The notes below the pieces were generated by a model that was given only the letters and a program-made list of their open reading frames with translations, was not told the origin of the DNA and searched no databases. From a virus (Duplodnaviria; Caudoviricetes), in IMG/VR virus record IMGVR_UViG_3300028591_000169, positions 15,414 through 79,413 of that record: 64,000 nucleotides of DNA, one strand, 5' to 3'. The translations under genes and the position numbers were made by a program. Within the stretch, counting starts at the first letter, position 1. Each line of letters opens with the position of its first letter. Shown one piece after another: positions 1 through 10,200 of the stretch.

Positions 1-3000
1 CCGCTTCTGTTCATTATCTGAACCCTTATTATAGGCGGAATAATATGCGGCATCACCATTAAGGATTTCGTTGATGCCCATTTGAAAAACGCTCTGGTCA
101 ACGATAAACCCATTAATCCTGGCCTCGCCTACCTCGTTTTTCCGCATCTCGTAAAAAGCCGGATTCTCTTCCTTGAACTTCTCGACCATGGATTTCTTGA
201 CAACAGCAACAAGATGGTCAAGCATATCATCAAGGTCCGCAAACTGACTCGTCACTTCTCCAGTAACGTACATTTCCAGAAGCTTCTGAACGGAATAATC
301 GTCAAGATGCGAAGGGTCAAGATGGGAAACAATATCGGAATCGTTTAGAATAGGAAACGTACAGAACCTATTCTTGTTGTCCCGGAATGTTTTAGGAAGA
401 TGCGCATCGGAAGAATTGTCCGTCATGCGCTCGAGCTCCTTCAGTATCTGTTCCCTTATTGCGTCATCTCTGATATCGTCACCAACGTCGGTGAAACGTA
501 TATATGCCATTCTTCCGGAATCGGATGGAAGCGGTATCGGATACCATGTGCCCTGGGCATTAAGATATTCAACCTTGTCGGGGTCCTGATGATACATGGA
601 CCAGAGCATATTCAGACGGTCTGTCTGTGTAAGGTCCTTCTGTTCCGTCTTGTCGCGCTTACCCGTATCCACGTTCAGGATAGTGACATAGCTTATACCA
701 CTTCCGGTTATTCCGGACTCTCCATACGCAAGCGCCTCGAGAACATGATTCCTATAATGGATTTTACCATCTTCTGTTTTGTAGGAGTATCTCGGGTCCT
801 TACCAAACTTCTTTTCGATATACTCGCGTGTGGTAAGATTGACGCGTTTACCGGCTTTCTTGGATTTCGATACGGAAAATTTCTTTCCCTGAAGCCCGAC
901 GATCAGATCGTCAAGAACGGACGGAAGGACATAGGAATAACGGACCTTTCCGTTTTCCCGCTTACTTGCTTCAACTGCGCCCCTGTCGGCAAGCGTAAGA
1001 ACCTTGGCAATCTTCGTATAGCTCGACATTGCCCGGTTATCGGAAGACAGATGTTCGTATTCATTAAGAAGGTCGCCGGTTGTCTCGTAACCATTACCCT
1101 TCATAAGTTCAAGGGCATGATGGGCTTCAGCCCAAAGGACGCCGAGGTTATTGTTCTGCCTAATGACACCACGCCGAACGTCGCGGGCTGCAATTACGCG
1201 TATATCAGAAGGAGTAATGACAAACCCCATAGCCGTAAGAACGGCATGCAGGTCATTAATCAAATCAGGGTTTTCCTTCAGCAGTTCCCGGACTTCGGAA
1301 GGACCAGCTGTAAACAGTTTCGAAACGGGATTATTATACCTGTCGAATTCCACATATTTCTCAAGGACAGAGATGGCTTTGTCGATGTTTCTCTCGTCAA
1401 GCTCTCTGTCGTTATATATGGACATACCCCTGTTTGATGGAATACCGGAAGCAATCTGCCTCTTTGCAGAAGTCATTATACTGTCAACCGTATTCCCGGA
1501 ATTGATGATATTCAGGCGGTTCTTCGAAAAGTCCCTCGGATTATCCTCATCCTTTTTCAGGATGCCAAGTTGCTGCGTATACCTACGGATAGAACGGAAT
1601 AGCTGGGACTTCAGTTTACTGTCCTGGGAAATTTGCTGGCGAATATAGGATATCCACGGATAATCCTTCTCCATGTATTCCAGCATCAGGTCCATCTCCC
1701 TGCTGGTAGTTACGCCCTGCATCTCCTGGATAAGGGTGTTTATGACCTGCATTACAGGAACGGTATATTCAGTTCCGAATCTCGTCCTGCGTTTTCCAAG
1801 CGGACACCTGTAGAGCATATGGCGGACCTGCGCAGACATTTTATCCCAGTTACTTGTTGTATCATACTCGTACATCCAGGTTTCCTTGTACTGGTTTTCA
1901 ATGCCACTGACGTCTCCTTCCTCTTCGCCTTCACTGTTCTCCTCGTCATTCTTGCGGTCGTTCTTCCTGTCAACAGTAAGGTCGAGATGGATATCTATAT
2001 GAACATGTTCAGATGTCTCAAGTTCGCGACACGCCTCCTCTCGAAGAACCGGGAAATTATCGACAACCTTCTTTACCTGGTCTCGATACCATGCAAGATT
2101 CTTCTTGATGAAATTTTTCGAGGTGTCGGGGAAGGCAGCGCGTAATGCATCAATGAACCCGGCGTCGCTCGTATCGGCAAGAGATGCAAGGTCTGCAAAC
2201 TTCTGCTGTATTTCTTCGAAGATAGCCTGCGGGCCTATCTCCCTTAACGCGGACATCCTGTCGTAGGAATCGAGCTTTTCCTGGATCTCGCCGAGTTCAC
2301 GCTCATAAGATGCAAGCGCCGTCTCCCAAGAAACACTCGGAGTCGTGCTGACATCCATGCCAAACTGGAGGCCAAGTTTGTTTACGAGACCAACAATCTC
2401 TTTCAGGACAGCGCTGCTTGGATTATATGCCCTGGCAAATGCCGCCCTGTTATACTGGACAACATCAGCGACTGTATTGATTTTATTATCCGTAATGAAC
2501 TTCGTTGCCCTCACGGAAAGTTCAAGGTCGGACAATTCTGTATTCAGAAGACGCTGCTTTGCATCCTGCGTTTCGACAACACCGGCAGATTCAAGATATT
2601 TACTCTTATCCTTCTCCTCGATAGCTTTGTTTAATTCAGCCCTTCGCTCTGCAAGTTCATTCAGCTTACCCTCGTGTTCTTTGGAAAGAATTCTATCGAA
2701 CCAGTCAACGATTTCAGAAATACGCTCCATCCGCTCGGTAGAACTGAATTCCTCCGCCGCTTTTTTACGATAAACCTCGGTTATGCCATCATCAGAGATA
2801 CCGTAATTATCACGCAACACACGTTTTGCCTGCTGCAACTCGTAGTTCATGATGTCCACGTTCTTGTTCCCAGAACGCCTGTTTTTCTTTTCGTAATCCA
2901 TAATTGCCTGGAGACGCTCTCTGGCAGATAATCCAAATGCATCTTCAGCAACGGCATCACTTGCATAAACCAAGTCTACGGCAAGCGCCTTGAATAGTCT

Positions 3001-3366
3001 GAAGTCTTCAGCGGTAGCCCCACTTGTAGTCAAGTCGATTGTGTGACTTCTGCGATTAATTGCAATGTTAATTCCGAGACGGTTGCCAAGATCGACAAGG
3101 GATTTCGGTAATTCCTTACCATCAAGTAGTTGTTCAAAATCCACCTTCGGCAAGGCGATGTGCATATTATCAGCACCACGGATTTCAGAATAAAGATTAC
3201 GAAGCGTATCAATATCGGGAACGGATTCGAGATCGACATTTGGATTACCATTAGCCATCTCACGCTCCTGCCAGATACCTACCATATTCTTGACACTGGC
3301 TAAAGTTTCGCTCTTGAGGTCGGAGTGTAACTTGATAATAGCCGGATGAACAATAAGACAAGGCAT
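1..3366 (-). CDS. Giant virion cargo protein, N-terminal 1122 codons of a probable virion RNA polymerase subunit (runs off the left edge)
   Basis: Not in the ORF track because no stop lies in the window. ATG at 3366 gives MPCLIVHPAIIKLHSDLKSETLASVKNMVGIWQERE..., and the frame was open in every block I translated by hand, including the last (…NGDAAYYSAYNKGSDNEQKR at base 1). It is the last gene of the cargo block, and its N-terminus and the segment WYPIPLPSDSGRMAYIRF resemble crAss virion RNAP proteins. The catalytic DxDxD motif was not seen in the segments translated. Confidence 0.7.
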   Translation of the reverse strand, partial: MPCLIVHPAIIKLHSDLKSETLASVKNMVGIWQEREMANGNPNVDLESVPDIDTLRNLYSEIRGADNMHIALPKVDFEQLLDGKELPKSLVDLGNRLGINIAINRRSHTIDLTTSGATAEDFRLFKALAVDLVYASDAVAEDAFGLSARERLQAIMDYEKKNRRSGNKNVDIMNYELQQAKRVLRDNYGISDDGITEVYRKKAAEEFSSTERMERISEIVDWFDRILSKEHEGKLNELAERRAELNKAIEEKDKSKYLESAGVVETQDAKQRLLNTELSDLELSVRATKFITDNKINTVADVVQYNRAAFARAYNPSSAVLKEIVGLVNKLGLQFGMDVSTTPSVSWETALASYERELGEIQEKLDSYDRMSALREIGPQAIFEEIQQKFADLASLADTSDAGFIDALRAAFPDTSKNFIKKNLAWYRDQVKKVVDNFPVLREEACRELETSEHVHIDIHLDLTVDRKNDRKNDEENSEGEEEGDVSGIENQYKETWMYEYDTTSNWDKMSAQVRHMLYRCPLGKRRTRFGTEYTVPVMQVINTLIQEMQGVTTSREMDLMLEYMEKDYPWISYIRQQISQDSKLKSQLFRSIRRYTQQLGILKKDEDNPRDFSKNRLNIINSGNTVDSIMTSAKRQIASGIPSNRGMSIYNDRELDERNIDKAISVLEKYVEFDRYNNPVSKLFTAGPSEVRELLKENPDLINDLHAVLTAMGFVITPSDIRVIAARDVRRGVIRQNNNLGVLWAEAHHALELMKGNGYETTGDLLNEYEHLSSDNRAMSSYTKIAKVLTLADRGAVEASKRENGKVRYSYVLPSVLDDLIVGLQGKKFSVSKSKKAGKRVNLTTREYIEKKFGKDPRYSYKTEDGKIHYRNHVLEALAYGESGITGSGISYVTILNVDTGKRDKTEQKDLTQTDRLNMLWSMYHQDPDKVEYLNAQGTWYPIPLPSDSGRMAYIRFTDVGDDIRDDAIREQILKELERMTDNSSDAHLPKTFRDNKNRFCTFPILNDSDIVSHLDPSHLDDYSVQKLLEMYVTGEVTSQFADLDDMLDHLVAVVKKSMVEKFKEENPAFYEMRKNEVGEARINGFIVDQSVFQMGINEILNGDAAYYSAYNKGSDNEQKR

Positions 3367-3445
3367 ACTAATTCAGTTTTTAATCTGAAGCGAAAGGTAC
3401 ATATTTAAGACAATCGGTTTACAACTGCAATTGATTTATTTGCCG

Positions 3446-6400
3446 CTAAATACCGATACACTTTCTTGCGTGATATTTCTCCATTTCGGAGAACTTATTC
3501 CAATCTTGATCCGAATAAGCTTCTCTCCGCAATCTTGTGAATTCATCATTGCTATCAAGCACATCGGCAAATGGACGATAAGTGGTCCCGAGCTTATATA
3601 AATCAGCATCAGTAAACGACTTATTCGCCATAAATACCTTTCCATCAACGGAGCCGCTATGTACGGGATGAAAGCCAAAGGCTTTATAAAAATCAACGTT
3701 ATCAGAAGTTGAGCCTATTATCATAGGAACCTCGCTTTCGGAAGCGGTACGTATCAGGGCGGAATAATCACTTCCTCCGGCGGGAAGGGCGCGAACCACG
3801 ACAAAGACCCCAGAATTCTCGTCGCGAACGCCAAACAAGGATGACTCCGTTCCTGAATTATACTCGTAAAGATTATTCGAATTTACGAAGCGCCTCATCC
3901 CAATAAGCGAAGAATACCGGTCATTGGCTGCTACAAGTTGAGAAAGCGAAAGATACTTCCCTGGACCAGTAAACCTTCCCTTGGTAGGAACAAGATTACC
4001 ATCATTGAAAAGAGTCCAATCGTAGGCGTAATTATAGTTTTCTTCGACAGTCGGTATCTTGGTCGACATGGCCACACCATCGACGGAGGCGCCAGAGGCA
4101 ATCCGTTTCGCTTTTTCAAATTCCTCGCCAGTCTTGAATGTAACCTTGCCGGTTTCCTGCAATTCGACCTGCCTGTCCACGACAGACATTAGCTTATCCT
4201 TCAGGTCGGTATAATATGAGCCAGTCTTCTTTTTGAATAAAGACTTGAGTTTGTTAGCTATGAAGCTGACTATCCGCGCAAAGACACTTGGTTTCTTATT
4301 GTCAATCTCCTCGGGAGTTTTGACTTCCTTGGCAAGCTTCTGGAGTTTCGGATTACTGAAAAACTCGGCAATGAATTCAAACGGATTCTCGAATGCATAC
4401 GCAGACTCGTATGCGCCAAGTACGCGAGAAAGACGCTTGTTACCAATACTGTCCTGGAGATAGTTCATTTCGGACTTTATGTCCTCATACAAATTCCTGT
4501 CATACCGCAAGGCAACAACAGTGAATGCATGGACTATCTCATGCATAAGCGTCTGATATCCAAGCGAGTCTTTACCAATAACGATAGAATCGGTAAATAT
4601 ACTTTGAGCCTCATTGAAACGGAACTTGTTTGTTCCAATGGTTGAACCGCCGCGAGAAGACTTCGCGCCGGTAAGGTCAGCAAGCTCAACAAGGACGTCA
4701 TCATAAAAACTAATTCCAGAAATCTTATCAAGAAATTCAGAATACTGCGGGGCATGTTTCTTCAGATGTTCGATAGCCTGCCTAACGGTATGGATCTTCT
4801 TCATCTTTTCGACTTCGCGCTGTCTCGAGCGGAAATTCGAATCAGCCTCCTGTTCGAATTCGTCTTCATTGTCGGGCTCCTCGTCTTTTGCCCCTTCCTG
4901 CCCCTTCTCGATTTCTTTCCTCGCCTCATTGACGCGTTCAGCCTCGGCGGATTTCTTTCTGGTCGTTTTCTTGGACTTTTCGCTCTTCAATTCATTCTTG
5001 AATTTAGCGAGCTCGTCTGCGGTCATAAACCTTCCGCCATTATCTGTAATGACAAAACCCTCGTCTTTGTTCTTGGTGAAGTCTTTAAGAAGAACTCTAT
5101 CGCCGATACGCCCATCGCCAGTAGTGCTATTACCATACTTATCGGCAATGATTGCAATGGCGCGAGCTGTGCGAACAAAATCCCTGGCATCCTTAAAGCC
5201 AAGTTTCTTGATTTCGGCATCAATAGATTTCGTTGAAGTAATTGGACTAAACCATTTCCCGGAGCCAATCTTTGCTTCGCCGGTAGAAAGATTAAATTGA
5301 ATCTCCCTTCCGCCAATCTCCATGGTTGCAATCTTTTCGGAACCCTTGCCTTTGGTCTTTCTGTTCGTCACCTTAACAGTTCCCCTGCCGGAACCAGCGG
5401 CGGGATGAGCGGGGCGCAAGAACTTCTTCTGAGCAACAGACCAGTAATCCATGATATAGGACGGCATGCTCAAATCGAAATCCTTAACGTCGGTCAACAA
5501 CATTTTGGCGTCAACAAGTTCGCGAATTCTTTCGGATAGCTCGTCGGATTCTTCGCTAAAATGAGCCGGACTTATCTGCGCAATGGGGCCCTTGTGGATT
5601 TCGCCGGATTCGGTCTCGAATTCAAGGTCATTCATCGCGTCGATAATCTGTTCGCGAAGCGTATATTCGCTGCCATCTGGTTTTGTCTTGCCGCGAACAA
5701 TCATGACGGGGTTATCTTCACCGCTATCTTCATAGTGGGTGTTGATTACCATCACAACGTCATCATTGGTGAACCACCCCTGGTGCTCAGCACACAGTTC
5801 CTTTATAAAGAATTGTGTCTTAATCTTTCCCTTCGAACGGAAATATAGCAAGTTCTGGAGCGAGTTCAGCGAAGACTCGGTTTTAGACGCCCAGGCCCAA
5901 AGCTTGAAAAGTCGAATCTTTTCTTTCTCGTTGCTGTTTGTAACGGCTGCAACAATCTTATCGATAGCGTCGCTTACACGCTTTCCGAATCCGGATGCAA
6001 TGACCTCAGGATTATTCAAATCGAGCGTATCATTGTTTACATTCTGCGTATACAGCATGACCGGAATAAACTTATTCTTTCCGGAGGGAACAAGGAGATA
6101 GGCAAAGCCGGGCTTTATCTGGTTACTGGCGCCCATTCTGAATTGAACCTGGCTTATGTCGACTGAATTATTGCTGAAATAGTATTCCTGACCACCCTTT
6201 TCGTCGTTTACGAACATGATCACAGGCTCCTTGAGACCATCAAATCCAGGAATCTCGTCAATTGGAACGTTGCTTTCGGTAGTTACAAAGCCGGAGTCCT
6301 GCTTTTCGCGAAGATGATTAACATACTTCTCGGAAATCCACATACCATCAGCATTCTTCTTGCTGCCAGTTTCAAGATATTCTGTCTTGATAAGTTCCTT

Positions 6401-9400
6401 TAATTCTGCAAGACCGGAATACGTCTCTCCTCCTTCAACTTCTTCCGGAAGTGTTCCGATCTTTATATTAGAATCGCCAGCAAGAATATAGACGGGACCG
6501 TCTTCGTTTTCCATACCGAAATGCAGCTCGGAATCTTCGGGAAGACTTTTCAAAACTTCCGCGACAGCCTGACCATCAGAACCAAGCATTGCCATATCCA
6601 TGTTCGGAGCAATGAACTTGTGCGGATTAGTCTTCTTGCCGGCGTCCTTACCTTCTTTCTTCTTGGTCTCGGGCTTTGGCTTCGACGGCTTTGTCTTATT
6701 CCCGATAGGAAGGAACTGAGCTATTTTCTGCGGGAAATTCACATTCAATGGTGTCCAACCTCCGGCTGGAACATTATTGCCGTTAAGCCATTCGGTAAGA
6801 CCAAGACCTTCTTCATTCTGAAGTTTGGCGACGTCTTCTGGATCTATCTCGTTTCCCTTCATGTCGTAGGCAACGGGAAGCATGTATTCCCTACCGCCCT
6901 TCTGCATAACAGCTCCCGGATAATACAGATAGATAATGCCAGTCGCGGGTACGCCGTCGAAATAGACATCTGCCTTGTCAAGGTTAACCTTCAATATGTT
7001 TGCGCCACCAAGAACATCGTGGCCCATCCTTGCGTTTTTCTTGAGGTCGTTACAGATTTCTTCAAACTTCTTCTGAGTGAGCGTATTACCGGTTGTCTTG
7101 AACTTGGTATTACCCTCTCCTGGCTCTTCCTGCTGTCCTGGTTTTTTCTTGGAGATAGTACGCTGTTTGAATTTACCGTATGTCTTAAGTTTTTTAGCCG
7201 CCGCCTCAACAGCTTCGTCCATAAGCGCGACGGCTTTTTCGCCGGCAATACCCGGAGCAATATCCTTGGCAGAATGTTTCGAAGTCAGGTCAAATGCGGT
7301 ATCGGAATTATGCATGAAATATTTCCATGCGGCAAGAGCCTGCTTGATATCTTCTTCTGTGGCACCAGATTTTTCGGCGATTTCCCTAACGTGCTTTTCG
7401 AGCGCCTTGTCAATATCGCGAACCTTCAGGTATTCATCGGCAACCTTGTTTCCTCTGTCAGCTTCTCTCTTGATATCAGCAAGCGTTTCGTTCGGGACGT
7501 CTCCGAGTTCATCCATAGCATTGACAAACTCGGATAACTTTTCAGTTGTAGAAAGCGTCTGAACAGCTTTGACAGCTTGGGATATACGCCGCAGTTCTTC
7601 CTGCTGACGGCGAATTCTTGTCATACGCTTCTGAATTAACTCCGGGTCATTGGAAAGCATGGAAATATTATCAATATACTTTCCGCGCTCCTTCATGTCA
7701 TATATGCCATCACCGGCATCTTTCAGTGCAACTTCGAGCTCGGACTTGTTTGTCGTGTCCTTCTTGTCCTTGTACTTATTCTTTAGCCAAGTGAAGTATG
7801 CTGGAGAACCGATGATGTCATAATCTGTCAGGTCCTTCGTTTGGTCCGCATGCGAAGTTCTATAAGCAGAGAGCATCGCGCTGGTTTCCGGATGCGCGAG
7901 TATGTCCTTAAGATCGTGCTCAATTTCGTTAAGATGGGTGGTCTGCCACGTCATTTCGGCGATTTGTGCGTCAGGCAGCATGTTCCCATACACAGTCTTT
8001 ATGTCATCAGCCACCTTAATGTAATCATCAAGCTGACGCTTCATCTTCTCGACATTCTTATTTATGAGATTTCTCATGCCGGAAGTCGTCATTTTCTGAA
8101 CATCGTCGCTAGCCGGGAACAGCTTTTTTATCTGCTCAATCGTATCATCGGAAACAGTGCTGAATGAATCAATAATGTCTATGAAATCCTGCAATCTTCC
8201 AGCTCTCTCAAACATCATCGCGTCATTAACGAGCTGCGCATGATCGGCTTTCTTGTATAAGTTCTGGTCACCTTGCTTGACAGCGCTTTCCTTAATGGAG
8301 TCAAAATGCGCATTCCCGATCTTGCCATAATAATAATTCAGAAAACTCGGGGATGAAAGTTTGTTATTAAGATTCTCGACAAGCTTATTCCTGCGATCAT
8401 ACATGTCGTTCTGCTCGCGAATAGGTGACCAGATACCACCTTCCATTGTGAGTTTCGGAGTGCGCTTTCCGTTTTCATTCACCTTGACAGATATAGAAGG
8501 AAGACCCAAGAAGCCCATGAAGCCACCAGCGAATCCCTCCACCCAGTCATCCTTGTTAAGCCAAGACTGACGCATTCCCTCCTTGGCGGCATCGAGCCAC
8601 GAAACGGTATCAGCAACAGCAATAGGGTCATAAAGCCTCTCCATGAATTCAGTCGTATCTCCCATGGCTTTTGCCTTGGCGGTTGCGCTAAAGAATGACT
8701 GATTCATTTCTTCCTGCATTTCGACAAGGACATTCCTAGAACCGGCACCAACCTTACCAAGGAAATCCGTGAACTTCGTGCCCTTTGACGCGTACCTGGT
8801 CGCTTTTATAAGTTCTTCCGGGGTTTTCGCGGCGCCCTTGAGCGCAGCATTCTCAGTGACTTTCTTGATGCCCTTTACGAGATTTCTGTCGATAGCATAT
8901 CCACCAAGCATGGCCTTGCCCCATTGAATCATATCACCGGCGGTCAAAAGCGGAACGTTCAGCGCAAAGATTGTATTTGCGACCATCGCCTTGTCATGGG
9001 CTATCTGCTCTTTAAGGTCATAGTAATTCTCGTCGACCAGCGCCTTCTGCTCGTCGTAATATGCCTTACCTTCCGGAGTATTGATATCAAGACCGTTCTT
9101 ATCCATCGTTCTCTGGATGCGACGGATTGCCTTAGCTCGCTCCATGTCCAAATCACCGTACATGTCTTCCAATGACTTTTCGAATTCAGACACACCGTTC
9201 AGGGCCTCAATACGAGCTTCACCAGTACCGGCGAGAAGACCACCGGCAATCTGTAGGCCAAGTTCATAGTTTTTCAACTGCTTCGCACTTTCGGCAAGCG
9301 CTTTGACGGCAGCTTCTTTTTCAAGACTTGTAGAGCCTTTCGCCAAGATTTCTACAACTTCACTGGCACTCTTGCCTTCAAGACCGAGCTCCGCGGCAAG

Positions 9401-10195
9401 ACCCTTGAACGCATCACGCGCTTCTTTTGCGCCGGTTAATTTACCAAGAACATTAACTGATGCCTTAGCCCCGACAACAGCGCCAATAGTAAAACCGGCA
9501 TTCTTGATGAGGGTATCACCAATAAAATTCGCGGTGAACATATTTTCCCACCACGGACGGTTACGCTCTTCAGACGTCTGGTTGTTCCTGAATATTTCCT
9601 CTGATTTCTCATTGATCCCCTGGAGATAAGCAGAAACAGGATTACTGACAAGCGCATTCAGGAAGTCGCGCCCGGAATGAATATTCCCGCTCGAAGACTC
9701 AACTGCGAGATTAATGATTCCAGCAGGAAGTCCAACCCAGGAATCAGCAGCAGTTGTGGCGGCGAGAATTCCCATCTTAGCAATGGAGTTTCCATATACA
9801 CCAAGCGTTGACTGCTGACGAGCACGAGCATCTTCAATGTCGTTGAGTTGAGACGGGCTGGTAAACCGCCTGTCAAAACGCGATTCGCCAAAACCAACCG
9901 ACGCGGCTTCAAGACCGATATCTTCAGATGGATTGGTCTCGAGATACCCCTGATACTGCGACTGCATCCGCTCGTTTCGGGAAGGCGTCCAATTAAGCAT
10001 CTGATTAAGAAGCTCACCCTCCTCGTCTATTTCGCGCATTCTCTGCCTGAACCGTTTGGCGGGTTCGTCTTCATATCGCCCGAATCGCGGATCTCCGGTT
10101 TCACGAAGATCGTTAAGCCTGTTTGCAAGTCCCGGGTTCGGAGCGATAGCGGATTCAAAAGTCAATCCACGGAGTCCCTGTTCTGTATTTGCCAT
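3446..10195 (-). CDS. Large virion cargo (ejected) protein, 2249 aa, with a C-terminal zincin-like metallopeptidase domain
   Basis: Lies next to the vRNAP-like gene. Carries LMHEIVHAF at 4529-4543 plus a downstream FEFIAEFFSNP third-ligand segment, and an N-terminal hydrophobic, Gly/Ala-rich region. Confidence 0.7.
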   Translation of the reverse strand: MANTEQGLRGLTFESAIAPNPGLANRLNDLRETGDPRFGRYEDEPAKRFRQRMREIDEEGELLNQMLNWTPSRNERMQSQYQGYLETNPSEDIGLEAASVGFGESRFDRRFTSPSQLNDIEDARARQQSTLGVYGNSIAKMGILAATTAADSWVGLPAGIINLAVESSSGNIHSGRDFLNALVSNPVSAYLQGINEKSEEIFRNNQTSEERNRPWWENMFTANFIGDTLIKNAGFTIGAVVGAKASVNVLGKLTGAKEARDAFKGLAAELGLEGKSASEVVEILAKGSTSLEKEAAVKALAESAKQLKNYELGLQIAGGLLAGTGEARIEALNGVSEFEKSLEDMYGDLDMERAKAIRRIQRTMDKNGLDINTPEGKAYYDEQKALVDENYYDLKEQIAHDKAMVANTIFALNVPLLTAGDMIQWGKAMLGGYAIDRNLVKGIKKVTENAALKGAAKTPEELIKATRYASKGTKFTDFLGKVGAGSRNVLVEMQEEMNQSFFSATAKAKAMGDTTEFMERLYDPIAVADTVSWLDAAKEGMRQSWLNKDDWVEGFAGGFMGFLGLPSISVKVNENGKRTPKLTMEGGIWSPIREQNDMYDRRNKLVENLNNKLSSPSFLNYYYGKIGNAHFDSIKESAVKQGDQNLYKKADHAQLVNDAMMFERAGRLQDFIDIIDSFSTVSDDTIEQIKKLFPASDDVQKMTTSGMRNLINKNVEKMKRQLDDYIKVADDIKTVYGNMLPDAQIAEMTWQTTHLNEIEHDLKDILAHPETSAMLSAYRTSHADQTKDLTDYDIIGSPAYFTWLKNKYKDKKDTTNKSELEVALKDAGDGIYDMKERGKYIDNISMLSNDPELIQKRMTRIRRQQEELRRISQAVKAVQTLSTTEKLSEFVNAMDELGDVPNETLADIKREADRGNKVADEYLKVRDIDKALEKHVREIAEKSGATEEDIKQALAAWKYFMHNSDTAFDLTSKHSAKDIAPGIAGEKAVALMDEAVEAAAKKLKTYGKFKQRTISKKKPGQQEEPGEGNTKFKTTGNTLTQKKFEEICNDLKKNARMGHDVLGGANILKVNLDKADVYFDGVPATGIIYLYYPGAVMQKGGREYMLPVAYDMKGNEIDPEDVAKLQNEEGLGLTEWLNGNNVPAGGWTPLNVNFPQKIAQFLPIGNKTKPSKPKPETKKKEGKDAGKKTNPHKFIAPNMDMAMLGSDGQAVAEVLKSLPEDSELHFGMENEDGPVYILAGDSNIKIGTLPEEVEGGETYSGLAELKELIKTEYLETGSKKNADGMWISEKYVNHLREKQDSGFVTTESNVPIDEIPGFDGLKEPVIMFVNDEKGGQEYYFSNNSVDISQVQFRMGASNQIKPGFAYLLVPSGKNKFIPVMLYTQNVNNDTLDLNNPEVIASGFGKRVSDAIDKIVAAVTNSNEKEKIRLFKLWAWASKTESSLNSLQNLLYFRSKGKIKTQFFIKELCAEHQGWFTNDDVVMVINTHYEDSGEDNPVMIVRGKTKPDGSEYTLREQIIDAMNDLEFETESGEIHKGPIAQISPAHFSEESDELSERIRELVDAKMLLTDVKDFDLSMPSYIMDYWSVAQKKFLRPAHPAAGSGRGTVKVTNRKTKGKGSEKIATMEIGGREIQFNLSTGEAKIGSGKWFSPITSTKSIDAEIKKLGFKDARDFVRTARAIAIIADKYGNSTTGDGRIGDRVLLKDFTKNKDEGFVITDNGGRFMTADELAKFKNELKSEKSKKTTRKKSAEAERVNEARKEIEKGQEGAKDEEPDNEDEFEQEADSNFRSRQREVEKMKKIHTVRQAIEHLKKHAPQYSEFLDKISGISFYDDVLVELADLTGAKSSRGGSTIGTNKFRFNEAQSIFTDSIVIGKDSLGYQTLMHEIVHAFTVVALRYDRNLYEDIKSEMNYLQDSIGNKRLSRVLGAYESAYAFENPFEFIAEFFSNPKLQKLAKEVKTPEEIDNKKPSVFARIVSFIANKLKSLFKKKTGSYYTDLKDKLMSVVDRQVELQETGKVTFKTGEEFEKAKRIASGASVDGVAMSTKIPTVEENYNYAYDWTLFNDGNLVPTKGRFTGPGKYLSLSQLVAANDRYSSLIGMRRFVNSNNLYEYNSGTESSLFGVRDENSGVFVVVRALPAGGSDYSALIRTASESEVPMIIGSTSDNVDFYKAFGFHPVHSGSVDGKVFMANKSFTDADLYKLGTTYRPFADVLDSNDEFTRLRREAYSDQDWNKFSEMEKYHARKCIGI

Positions 10196-10200
10196 ATCAA

